Source: Candidatus Thorarchaeota archaeon
GTDB taxonomy: Archaea > Asgardarchaeota > Thorarchaeia > Thorarchaeales > Thorarchaeaceae
Direction of reading: 5' to 3'
Length of the DNA: 26,516 nucleotides
NCBI GenBank assembly: GCA_038893995.1
Contig: JAWAQK010000034.1
Span: 1 to 26,516, forward strand
Shown: in pieces, positions 8,298 through 16,951 of the stretch
How the letters are laid out: the number at the start of each line of letters is the position of its first letter
Numbering within the stretch: position 1 is the stretch's first letter
Made by a program: the position numbers and the translations under genes
The notes under the pieces: generated by a model
Seen by the model: the letters and a program-made list of their open reading frames with translations, nothing else
Told to the model about the DNA's origin: nothing
Databases searched by the model: none

Positions 8298-9539
8298 TCA
8301 TCTCCCGGCCCTTGCCATGAATCTCTCGAGTCTGTCCATTGCCTCCGAGATCATGTCGACGGGTGGAAGGAATACGCTCCGGAAGTGATTTCTTCCATAT
8401 TTCTCACAGAATCCGCTACCGGGGACAAAGACCACTCCTGTGCTGTTCAGCACGTCGAGCACGAACTCGGTGTCGTTGCGCCAACGACCGTCAAGCTCGA
8501 CCTTGGGCATTATGTAGAAGGCCGCCTGTGGTAGTCTGGTGCTGATCCCGTCTATGCCCGAGAGCCTGTCGTAGATGACCTGCCTCCGCTCCCTGAGTCG
8601 TCTCATGACCTCCTGAAGGTGGCTGCCGTCGCTCCTTAGCGCGACTGCTGACGCAGCCTGAGCAGGTGTGTTCACGCAGATCCTCACACGTGCCTGCCTC
8701 ATTATGGCATCCCTGATCGGCTCAAGCTCTCCGTTCTGGTCACTGAAGTAGATGTATCCTACGCGCCAACCCGGCGCCAGGTACACCTTGCTGATACCGT
8801 TCAGTCCTATCACTGGGACGTCCCCAGCCGCTCGGACCATGGGTGTCTGCATCTTGTCGAACGTGAGCTGGTCATAGATCTCGTCGCTGATGAGAGGAAG
8901 TCCATACTCGCCCGCAATGTTGGCTATCTCCGCGAGTGTCTTGCTATCGTAGACTGCGCCAGTCGGATTGTTCGGATTGATCACGAGGATTGCAGAAGTC
9001 TTCTCGCTGACCTTCGACCTGAGGTCATCTACATCCGGGCTCCAGTCTTTCTCCTCGACTGTCCTGTATGTGACTGGAATGCCGCCAAAATACTTCGTGT
9101 AGGATATGTACGGCGGGTATGCTGGACCGGGCAGTAACAGCTCACTCCCTGACTCGATCAGTGCGCCGGCCAGAAACTGGATTGCCTCAGAGACACCATT
9201 TGTGACTATCATTCGGGCCGGATCCACACTGATTCCATTCACCCGCTTCTCCTTCTCCGCAGCAGCTTCTCTCAGTTCCTGAAGTCCCTCCGAGGGGGAG
9301 TAGTAGTTCTTCTGTGCTCTGACCGCCTCACACATGGCCTCGACCATGAACTCGGGTGTCCTCCAGTCGTAGACGTTGGGATCGCCAATGTTGAGATAGA
9401 GCGGCCTCTCTCCCTTCTGCCTCTCGTACTTCTTGGCTGCAACAACTATGTCACGGATTGCATACTCCAGACCGGCTGCGCGCGGAGTTATCCTTATCCT
9501 CACGGGAATCACCGGGGGCTTGCGGGCAGTCTCCGTCAT
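8298..9539 (-). CDS. PLP-dependent aminotransferase class I/II (AlaA/alanine aminotransferase-like)
   Basis: LNIGDP, YSPSEG, INPNNPTG, SDEIYD, PLP-Lys motif NGISKVYLAPGWRVGY, C-terminal VPGSGF...HFR. Confidence 0.92.
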   Translation of the reverse strand: MTETARKPPVIPVRIRITPRAAGLEYAIRDIVVAAKKYERQKGERPLYLNIGDPNVYDWRTPEFMVEAMCEAVRAQKNYYSPSEGLQELREAAAEKEKRVNGISVDPARMIVTNGVSEAIQFLAGALIESGSELLLPGPAYPPYISYTKYFGGIPVTYRTVEEKDWSPDVDDLRSKVSEKTSAILVINPNNPTGAVYDSKTLAEIANIAGEYGLPLISDEIYDQLTFDKMQTPMVRAAGDVPVIGLNGISKVYLAPGWRVGYIYFSDQNGELEPIRDAIMRQARVRICVNTPAQAASAVALRSDGSHLQEVMRRLRERRQVIYDRLSGIDGISTRLPQAAFYIMPKVELDGRWRNDTEFVLDVLNSTGVVFVPGSGFCEKYGRNHFRSVFLPPVDMISEAMDRLERFMARAGR

Positions 9540-9813
9540 ATATCGTTTGTTACAGGACCAAGTCTACCCCCACGACTAGAAGAGAACGTCTGAGCTGAGT
9601 GCTGCCTGAGGACCATCGACTGCAGAGTGAATCGCAGTCTGTTCGAGGGCACAGTGTCAACAGTCCCGCTGGAGCGCAGTCTACGACGACGTCCATCGGA
9701 TGATGCCTGGTGGTCCTCGCGTCCCTCCGACTGAGCCCTCGGTATGAGTGTCGTGACGCTCCCAAGCTCTGCTTCCGACCGTCCTGCAGACGCACTTCGT
9801 GAGGGCAGGAAAC

Positions 9814-10167
9814 CTAGATCGACAGCAATATCCGGAGGACCTGCTTCACACGCTTCAGCTCGCTGGGCTCTGCCTCTGCAATCTTGTCTCCAGCCCGTGA
9901 GAGGTCCACCGCCCTGATCTGGTGGCAGAGAATGTATGAATCACCTTTCATCTGACCTCTCTTCCTGATGGGTACCTCAGTCCAGAAATTGTGTTGTCTC
10001 GATGTGATCGGCAAGATGATGGCTATCCCTGAAGGCCCTCTCTTGCCCTGTGAATCGGTGGGAATGCCGACCACTAAGCATGGCCGAATCTTACAAGTTT
10101 CATGTCCCCTTGTCGGATCCAGGTTGAAGTAGACTATATCGTTTGGCCGAATGACCGCGAGACCCAT
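9814..10167 (-). CDS. mazF: Type II toxin, MazF/PemK family endoribonuclease
   Basis: DIVYFNLDPTRGHETCKIRPCLVV, LPITS, DSYILCHQIRAVDLSR match the MazF/PemK consensus. ATG 10167 lies 4 nt after the upstream stop. Confidence 0.9.
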   Translation of the reverse strand: MGLAVIRPNDIVYFNLDPTRGHETCKIRPCLVVGIPTDSQGKRGPSGIAIILPITSRQHNFWTEVPIRKRGQMKGDSYILCHQIRAVDLSRAGDKIAEAEPSELKRVKQVLRILLSI

Positions 10168-10171
10168 CGCG

Positions 10172-10897
10172 TCACCCCAAGTCGTCCACATAGTCATCGA
10201 GGCCCATTTCTGCCAGTGTCTGATCCTCTGTCAGGGCTGGCAGAGATATGTCAAAGGGTCCTCGTACCTCAAGCTCCAAGTTGAGTTCCTCTCTGACTTG
10301 AATCAGGATGTCCAATGCCCAGTCCCGTAGAAGTCGCTCAAGTTGCTCGATCTGCCTCCGGGTGACTGAGTACGCAATCTCGACTGTGCTGGCTGTCAGA
10401 GCCACAAGTACGATCAGCGAAGCCATGTTGGATGTGAATATCAGAGACTGGACTATCTTGCGCACTCGGGGATCGATATCCCGCGGAACCTCTGAGGGGT
10501 AGAGCATCTCGCTATCACGTGCATAGCTCTCTATGACTGGGCTATTCAATGCAGACGCTATCAGATCCGGGTCTGGTATGTTTCTCTCTATTATGATGCT
10601 GTCCGCCCTGTCTATCAATAACTTGAGAAAGGACATCATTGTGTTTGTTGCTAGACCGAAATTCGATGCAATCACTGGACCGTACTTCTCTTCAAGAACT
10701 CTCTGTATATCCTGTTTCGTGAACATACCATGGAAGTGTTTCACTTCATCGAGCGCTCTGTGCCAGTCACCCAACGTGATGTTGTCAATGATCTCTCGGA
10801 TATGCTTTAGTGTAGACGACGACATCTCCAGCGCCAGTCGTTTGATATTCTGTCCAATGTCACCCTCAAGTGGAGTTTCTGAGGGTTTTCCGGTCAT
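10172..10897 (-). CDS. Hypothetical ~240-aa helical protein, putative antitoxin upstream of mazF
   Basis: Immediately upstream of and co-oriented with mazF; acidic C-terminal tail EDQTLAEMGLDDYVDDLG; ATG 10897 preceded by AGGGGG (alternative starts up to 10954). Confidence 0.6.
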   Translation of the reverse strand: MTGKPSETPLEGDIGQNIKRLALEMSSSTLKHIREIIDNITLGDWHRALDEVKHFHGMFTKQDIQRVLEEKYGPVIASNFGLATNTMMSFLKLLIDRADSIIIERNIPDPDLIASALNSPVIESYARDSEMLYPSEVPRDIDPRVRKIVQSLIFTSNMASLIVLVALTASTVEIAYSVTRRQIEQLERLLRDWALDILIQVREELNLELEVRGPFDISLPALTEDQTLAEMGLDDYVDDLG

Positions 10898-11318
10898 ACG
10901 CCCCCTTGTCTCATTGAACATCTGGACCGGTGCTATTGGTAGGACCTGAACCACGGTGTCGTTTCCCCCATCATGTTCAGTCAGTCGTTCCTAATATACA
11001 TAGTTCGACTTGGGCAACTGCGCATCGCTGATCTTGTCCTATTCTCGATCACTGCCACATGTCCCGTCAACAGCATACTTGGAAGAGATCGATGCCTCTG
11101 GTCGAGTTCCTGGAGTCACTCGAGCCACATGTTAGTCGCAGGTCATCATTGCTACTGTTCCCACAATACTCTCTCTTCGTCACGACGTATCGCAGAAGAG
11201 GGTCGCCATCCGTGGCCTCGCAATAGTCCGCACATCACATCATGATGACTCGGAAGGCATTAATAGTGCATTTGGAGGACCGTCCCGCGCATCTACTGGC
11301 CTGCAGGAGGCGAGAACA

Positions 11319-12095
11319 GTGTCGTCTATGAGTCTTCATCACACCTATGTCTGGGCACTGACTGGCATCTTCGCTGCAATGCACATGGTGCTCACGTTCT
11401 TGCCGCTCTTTGTCCTAGCGGGTGGTGGTGGATTCATTTCTGCGGGCGTAGTATCGGCTCCCCTCATTGGATTCTTGCTTGGCCCGGTATATGGAGTCGT
11501 GGCTGTTGTGATCGGGTCAACGATTGGCGTTGTCCTGATGAACGTCGGTGGCATCCTGGGCCCCGTGATCCCAATCGTGGCCCCGGCAGTCTCCGCTTTC
11601 ATTGCAGGGTCTCTGGGAAGAGGCAGATTGACCCATGTCGTCGCGGTCTATGTCGTCGGTATCGCGGCATTTGTAGTCGGTCCTATTGGACTCATTGCTC
11701 TTCCCTACATATGGCTCCACACGGCGCTGCTCCTTCTGATGGCACTGTTTGTCGTTCCACGATTCCGTGCACATGTCAGAGCCTTACCCATTCCCAGGTC
11801 CGGAGTGAGTGTGAACAGACTCCTTCTACCGATCTGGTTCCTCGGGTTCATAGCGGTGATGGGAGACCATCTGGTCGGTGGTACACTGGCAACCTACTGG
11901 TTTGTATACGTCCTACTGTTCCCGCCTGATACGATTGCTCCGTTCTTCATCGCCGTCACAGTCTTCTATCCCCTGGAGAGACTTGCAGTATCAGTCGTCT
12001 TGACACTGGTGCTGGCCTCATTGATGGGCATCATCTCCGGTGGTCAACTGCCATTGCCCCTCTATCCAGAGGAGTCTGAACCCCAGACCAGTTGA
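11319..12095 (+). CDS. ECF transporter S-component-like integral membrane protein
   Basis: About 7 hydrophobic segments; N-terminal IFAAM helix followed by APLIGFLLGPVYGVVAVVIG, a pattern typical of S-components; GGAGG 8 nt upstream of GTG. Confidence 0.6.
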   Translation: MSSMSLHHTYVWALTGIFAAMHMVLTFLPLFVLAGGGGFISAGVVSAPLIGFLLGPVYGVVAVVIGSTIGVVLMNVGGILGPVIPIVAPAVSAFIAGSLGRGRLTHVVAVYVVGIAAFVVGPIGLIALPYIWLHTALLLLMALFVVPRFRAHVRALPIPRSGVSVNRLLLPIWFLGFIAVMGDHLVGGTLATYWFVYVLLFPPDTIAPFFIAVTVFYPLERLAVSVVLTLVLASLMGIISGGQLPLPLYPEESEPQTS

Positions 12096-12198
12096 CACAT
12101 TGTCCGGAGGTACTGTCGTCCAACACAGCATGGGGTTCGACCCCTAGCACCATTCGTGGTCTCTCTTCGACCCGCCGTGGGGCCGAGTGACAATGGGC

Positions 12199-13155
12199 TC
12201 ACATACCTATGGAACGTCTCAATACATCTACGTTGAGTGACCCCGCTCTGTACTCCCTGCCGGTCGTCATATCTCTCAGTGTGACCTCTGCAGGGCTGAA
12301 GAGATGGGGGTCCAGTCGGTAGAAGTTGAACTCAACACTCTTGAAGAGGTCGTAGAAGGGAGTACCATACTGTGACGACGACGAGGAGGGAATCTCGGTC
12401 ACTAGCCTCTGAAGGTCATCCTCGCCGGACGATTCGATGTCGTAGACTGTAGTTCCGCCGTATAGGATACAGTCGTTTGTGACTCCCATGGCCCTACTGT
12501 CGTTCTTTGCCACCGGGGCTATGGGCGCCCTGCCTCGCCCCCGCCTGACCTTTCTGAGGTCGAACCCGAGCAAGTGCAGCTTGTGAACGCCAACCTCGAC
12601 CACTCTCGATGATATCTGAACCGAACCTGCAACAGAGGCAGTGGGAACAACGACACAGTATAGGTCGGATGTCGACACTCCGCACTTCTCAGCGATGTGA
12701 CCGGTGACTCTATCGGACGGGAGCTGGCGAGTCTCAAGCACAATCACAGCGACGTCTGACTCATCCCGACAACCCAGCTCGTCATAGAGTTTCTCGACTC
12801 TGGCCAACGCTCTCGCAGGCCCTGAGGCCATTGCAAAATACCCGTCGACCTTGATGCTCCAGCCCGCATACTGGGCGCAGAGGGTTGCCAGCATGACTCT
12901 CTCGGTGCTCACGTCTACAGCCGCGAGCTCCAGGTCGCCTACTCTCGTGGTCCCGATGTCGACCTTTCCAAGGCCCCCCATGCATATCTCCCCGATCAGT
13001 CTGCCCGCCTCGATTGAACCGGGGACATTGACGCCCGCATCCAGCAGAGTGACTCCGTTTGGACACCTGCTCACCGAGCATCCCAGCTCTTCCTGTCTCT
13101 CCTCAATCTTGTCGAAGATCCTCTTCGCTTCTCTGTTAAGACTCATTGCTATCAC
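12199..13155 (-). CDS. mch: Methenyltetrahydromethanopterin cyclohydrolase
   Basis: EICMGGLG, QYAGW, ASGPARALA, SVQISSRVVE, TNDCILYGG, SSSSQYGTPF, DPHLFSPA. Start overlaps the fwdC stop (GTGA). Confidence 0.95.
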   Translation of the reverse strand: MIAMSLNREAKRIFDKIEERQEELGCSVSRCPNGVTLLDAGVNVPGSIEAGRLIGEICMGGLGKVDIGTTRVGDLELAAVDVSTERVMLATLCAQYAGWSIKVDGYFAMASGPARALARVEKLYDELGCRDESDVAVIVLETRQLPSDRVTGHIAEKCGVSTSDLYCVVVPTASVAGSVQISSRVVEVGVHKLHLLGFDLRKVRRGRGRAPIAPVAKNDSRAMGVTNDCILYGGTTVYDIESSGEDDLQRLVTEIPSSSSSQYGTPFYDLFKSVEFNFYRLDPHLFSPAEVTLRDMTTGREYRAGSLNVDVLRRSIGM

Positions 13156-14009
13156 CCCTCACTCTGCCTGGTGAGGCCGGGCCGGAAATACAGCTCTGTC
13201 CGCGGATCGCTCTCTGCAAAGTCCCCGACGTATTTCACCCACCTCTCCGAGGCGTCTATCGTCCTGGGGACAAAGTCCGGCCGACGGGACCTCAGGTACC
13301 TCAGGTAGTAGCCGATGAACTCTCTCTCCGAGGTCCCACTATACCGGTACGTGGGAAGCACTCTCTCGACTCTGCCGAGGGCAATGATCATCCCCCGTGA
13401 GGCCTCGATCCCAACTCGTGGTCCGAGTTGTCCCCCCACAATGATGGTCCCTCCCTGCATTCTGGCCGCACAGAGCTCGGACACGTCACCTCTGACAGCA
13501 ATCAGACCTCTCCTGATGTGGGATGCCATCTCTGTGCCGACATTGCCGGCGACGAAGACACGTCCTCCAGTCATACCATCCTGGCTTCCCCTGTACCCCG
13601 CACAGAGACAGTCTCCTGCATTCCCTTCTATCTGGATATTGCCACCCTTCATCTCGGCTGCGGCCCAGGCGCCCACATTTCCACGGACATGGATTCTGCC
13701 AGCAACCATCTCCGCGCCAAGGTACATTCCGACATCTCCCGCGATCGTGATGCTCCCGCCATTCATCCTTCTCCCGATCATCTTCACCCGTCTGAGGTCG
13801 CCCGTCACCACGATGTCTGTCCTCGACGGATCATCGCCTGCGCTGCCGCCTATCTCAAAGAACTCACGGAGGGTCAACGTCTGATTCCCCTGGTAGACCT
13901 CTAACGCACCTATCTCTTTCAGTGATTTTCCTGCAAGGTTGCATGGAGTTATTGACTCAGCCTCTATCGGAATGTCTGGAACTTGTTTCAGGACCAACGT
14001 GACTGTCAT
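13152..14009 (-). CDS. fwdC: Formylmethanofuran dehydrogenase subunit C
   Basis: ATG 14009 (MTVTLVLKQVPDIPIEAESITP); GXGXG beta-helix repeats (IGRRMNGGSITIAGDVGMYLGAEMVAGRI...), AGYRG...GMTGG, C-terminal YVGD. The ORF extension to 14381 overlaps ftr and is spurious. Confidence 0.93.
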   Translation of the reverse strand: MTVTLVLKQVPDIPIEAESITPCNLAGKSLKEIGALEVYQGNQTLTLREFFEIGGSAGDDPSRTDIVVTGDLRRVKMIGRRMNGGSITIAGDVGMYLGAEMVAGRIHVRGNVGAWAAAEMKGGNIQIEGNAGDCLCAGYRGSQDGMTGGRVFVAGNVGTEMASHIRRGLIAVRGDVSELCAARMQGGTIIVGGQLGPRVGIEASRGMIIALGRVERVLPTYRYSGTSEREFIGYYLRYLRSRRPDFVPRTIDASERWVKYVGDFAESDPRTELYFRPGLTRQSEG

Positions 14010-14204
14010 GGTTGAGGGGCGCCCGAGCGTGCCCGGTTGTTCCGCCCTCAGATAAGTCCTGTGAATTCGGTCTGGATGACTTGCGATAGTCACGAACCGG
14101 CTGTCTGGGCAGTGTCCCTGTCTCGACCATATTTTCCAGTGCGACCGGAGTCTGGTTGAGTAACAATGATTAGAGAGCAATGTACCAGGTGTCGAGAGCG
14201 CGTC
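14010..14204. promoter_or_regulatory. Divergent intergenic region for fwdC-mch and ftr-fwdDBA
   Basis: About 195 nt between divergent start codons. Individual promoter boxes could not be assigned confidently. Confidence 0.45.
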
Positions 14205-15104
14205 ATGTTGGAGATCAATGGAGTGCCGATTGAGGACACATATGCCGAAGCGTTCAGCATGCACATGAACAGGACAATAATCACAGCTTACGACGAGGAA
14301 TGGGCGAGGATCACAGCACAGGAGGCTACCGGCTTTGCCACGTCGGTCATAATGACGCCCGCGGAGGCTGGCATTGAGCATGTGCTGAGTCCAGATGAGA
14401 CTCCAGATGGTCGTCCTGGTGTCCGTGTCATATTTGCGACAGCGAAGAAGGAGGCACTGGAGGAACAGCTCCTCGCCCGTCTCGGGCAGTGTGTCCTCAC
14501 CAGCCCCACCGCGTGCGCATACGATGACACCCCGGACGCGGTAGAATGGTACCCGGTTGGCAAGAAGATATCCATGTTCGGAGATGGTTATCAGGTCAAG
14601 AAGGGACCCATTGATGGACGGATTCTCTGGTTAGTACCCCGAATGAGCGGCACGTTTGTGATCCAGGAGAGCTTTGGTAGGACCAAGGGCGTCGCGGGTG
14701 GAAATATCATCTATTTCTGCAGGGACATGAGGGCTGGCATGACGAGTGGGAGAGCTGCAGTGAGGGCAATTGAACACGTCGAGGGGGCATATACTCCCTT
14801 TCCGGGAGGACTTGTCGGGTCGGGCTCAAAGCCATCGTCTCGATACAATGGAATTGTCGCCTCTACAAATCAGAGGTACTGTCCGACAATTCGCGCCCAG
14901 GTGCCTGATACCCTTGTTCCCAGAGACTGTGAGTTTGTCACTGAGATTGTGATCAATGGCCTGAATGAGAGAGCAGTGGCAGAGGCAATGAGGGTCGCCA
15001 TCCTGGAGGTCTGCCGTCACCCTGGCATAATCAAGGTCTCAGCAGCCAATTTTGGAGGCGCGCTCGGTAAGTACAGGATACATCTCCACGAGCTGGGTCT
15101 ATGA
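14205..15104 (+). CDS. ftr: Formylmethanofuran:tetrahydromethanopterin formyltransferase
   Basis: INGVPIEDTYAEAF, ATGFATSVI..PAEAG, ETPDGRPG, RLGQCVLTSPT, FGDGYQ, GVAGGN, PFPGG..GSGSK, EIVING, NFGG.LG. Confidence 0.96.
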   Translation: MLEINGVPIEDTYAEAFSMHMNRTIITAYDEEWARITAQEATGFATSVIMTPAEAGIEHVLSPDETPDGRPGVRVIFATAKKEALEEQLLARLGQCVLTSPTACAYDDTPDAVEWYPVGKKISMFGDGYQVKKGPIDGRILWLVPRMSGTFVIQESFGRTKGVAGGNIIYFCRDMRAGMTSGRAAVRAIEHVEGAYTPFPGGLVGSGSKPSSRYNGIVASTNQRYCPTIRAQVPDTLVPRDCEFVTEIVINGLNERAVAEAMRVAILEVCRHPGIIKVSAANFGGALGKYRIHLHELGL

Positions 15105-15254
15105 TCCATCTGCAGGCATGAATGACTGCCATTGTCGGGCCATGACTGGGACAATCCGCGTCCCAGAATCGTCGTCCTCACCTGCTCGGATGGCGTCGGG
15201 ACACAATCCATATCTCAATGGTGCAGTTGTTTCAGGTCCGAGTGATGGACCACC

Positions 15255-15659
15255 TTGAGTGCGAAGGAAGTCCGTGTGTTGGTCACGTCCGGCAGGACTG
15301 TCATGCAGGGCAGGGCCATCGAGATGGGCAAGCAAGACCCCAGATATGTGGAGTCAGTGGCGGTATGCGAGCTTGATGCCAACACGTTTCAGACCCTGGG
15401 CATTCGGAATGACGAAACTGTGCTGGTGAAGTCACGCGCAGGCAGAGTTGTCCTTCGTGCAAGGCTCAACAGCGAACTGCCACAGGGTCTGGCATTCATC
15501 CCGTGCGGACCGTATTTCAATCTCCTCGTCGACGCCGACACACATGAGACAGGCATGCCCTACTTCAAACACCTTGAGGCCACAGTCACTGCTTCCCCAG
15601 GAGCGAGCGTATGTGATCTCCGCAGTCTCCTGACGCAGACAGAGGAGGTGTCCGAATGA
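15255..15659 (+). CDS. fwdD: Formylmethanofuran dehydrogenase subunit D (molybdopterin-dinucleotide-binding)
   Basis: TSGRTVMQG...G.K, FIPCGPYFN, T.ETGMPYFK; TTG start; ATGA overlap with fwdB. Confidence 0.88.
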   Translation: MSAKEVRVLVTSGRTVMQGRAIEMGKQDPRYVESVAVCELDANTFQTLGIRNDETVLVKSRAGRVVLRARLNSELPQGLAFIPCGPYFNLLVDADTHETGMPYFKHLEATVTASPGASVCDLRSLLTQTEEVSE

Positions 15660-16951
15660 CTACAGTCCAAGTGTTTAGAGACGTTCCATGCACGTTCTGC
15701 GGATGTCTCTGTGATGACATCGTTGTAGAAGTGACTGATGGTGAGATCTCGGGGGTCACCAACTGTTGTTCCATCTCAAGAGAACGGTTCATGAGTGTTC
15801 GTGAGAACAGATCCACAGGTCCAACGATCCGGAAGAGTCAGGTGACTCTCGACGAGGCGGTGCAGAGAGCAGCAGAGATACTTTCTTCTGCCAGACGTCC
15901 CCTGATATATGGGCTCAGCTCAACCGAGAACGATGCTCATCGCGAGGCATATAGAATTGCCGAGCTTGTGGGCGCCGTGGTTGACAACACAAGCTCAGTA
16001 TGTCATGGTCCCACCATCCTCGGGACACAGGAGACTGGCGAGTCTGCGGGGGCATTGGCCGAGGTCAGGCACCGTGCGGACATGGTCATCTACTGGGGTT
16101 CGAACCCGGCTGCAGCACATCCCAGACATATCCCACGCTACGTCCGTAAGGCAGGAGAGTACGTGAGAGACCCGAGGCAAGACCGGAAGATCTGGCTTAT
16201 CGATGTCCGACCCACAACGACGTCGAAGATGGTCGATCGTTTCATCCAGGTCGAGCCTGGTTTTGACCTTGAGATCATACTGTCCCTGAGGTCCCTCGTC
16301 AAGGGACATACTTTGGACGTTGCAGGGGTAGGCGGGGTTGCACTGGCAGAGCTGAGAGAGTTGGCGGATGCCATGATGTCCGCAAGGTATGGAGTCCTGT
16401 TCTTTGGTCTCGGCCTCACTCAGAGTCCTGGTCGTCACAGGAATGTCGAGGCTGCCATCCGTCTCATTCAGGACCTGAATTCCCATACCAAGTGGACGAT
16501 GATGCCCATGAGAGGTCATTACAATGTGACAGGGGCAAACAAGACCTGTACTTGGGTCACCGGATATCCATTTGCAGTGGACTTTGCACGTGGATACCCG
16601 CGATATCAGCCTGGAGAGTACAGTGCAGTCGACATGCTCTCACGCGGAGAGGTCGATGCGATGCTCAATGTTGCGGCTGACCCAGTGGCCCATTTTCCTC
16701 ACGGGGCTGTCCGCGAGATCATGAGAATTCCTGTCATAAACATCGATCCCAAGATCAATATGACGTCGATGGTGGCAGAGGTGAATATCCCGTCAGCGAT
16801 TGCAGGCATCGAGTGCGACGGTGCTGCTACTAGAATGGATGGCCTGCCGCTGTATCTGAGAAAGCTGGTGGAGCCTCCGGACGGAGTCCTTCCCGACCGG
16901 GAGGTGTTGTCCCTAATACTTGAGAGGCTCAGAGAGGTGAGGCGAGGGTGA
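15656..16951 (+). CDS. fwdB: Formylmethanofuran dehydrogenase subunit B (Cys form)
   Basis: 4Fe-4S motif CTFCGCLCDD...C, metal-ligand motif SVCHGP (TGT, not Sec), WGSNP..AHPRH, PMRGHYNV, WVTGYPFAVDF, RMDG. RBS GAGGAGGTG. Confidence 0.95.
   Translation: MTTVQVFRDVPCTFCGCLCDDIVVEVTDGEISGVTNCCSISRERFMSVRENRSTGPTIRKSQVTLDEAVQRAAEILSSARRPLIYGLSSTENDAHREAYRIAELVGAVVDNTSSVCHGPTILGTQETGESAGALAEVRHRADMVIYWGSNPAAAHPRHIPRYVRKAGEYVRDPRQDRKIWLIDVRPTTTSKMVDRFIQVEPGFDLEIILSLRSLVKGHTLDVAGVGGVALAELRELADAMMSARYGVLFFGLGLTQSPGRHRNVEAAIRLIQDLNSHTKWTMMPMRGHYNVTGANKTCTWVTGYPFAVDFARGYPRYQPGEYSAVDMLSRGEVDAMLNVAADPVAHFPHGAVREIMRIPVINIDPKINMTSMVAEVNIPSAIAGIECDGAATRMDGLPLYLRKLVEPPDGVLPDREVLSLILERLREVRRG

Noticed and set aside
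10973-11245. 90-aa ORF here and 81-aa ORF at 9550-9795 in the islet flanks
   Set aside because: Ser/His/Arg-rich composition, no RBS or domain pattern; probably non-coding.
11241-11300. C/D box sRNA (ATGATGA)
   Set aside because: No CTGA D box at a suitable distance.
12128-12155. tRNA T-arm-like GGGGTTCGACCCCTAGCACCA
   Set aside because: The T-stem has mismatches in tRNA register, and no D-arm, anticodon arm or acceptor pairing is present.
13315-13904. Long antisense ORFs over fwdC (similar ones over fwdA, fwdB, the antitoxin and ABC genes)
   Set aside because: Shadow ORFs of GC-rich coding strands, with no recognisable motifs.
14010-14381. 124-aa N-terminal extension of FwdC in the ORF track
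   Set aside because: Overlaps ftr on the opposite strand and is not protein-like; homology starts at ATG 14009.
15141-15170. SECIS-like look (ATGA...AA loop...GA) in the ftr-fwdD spacer
   Set aside because: The helix is only 6-7 bp, the GA quartet competes with the stem, and neighbouring genes have no in-frame TGA (FwdB has Cys TGT).
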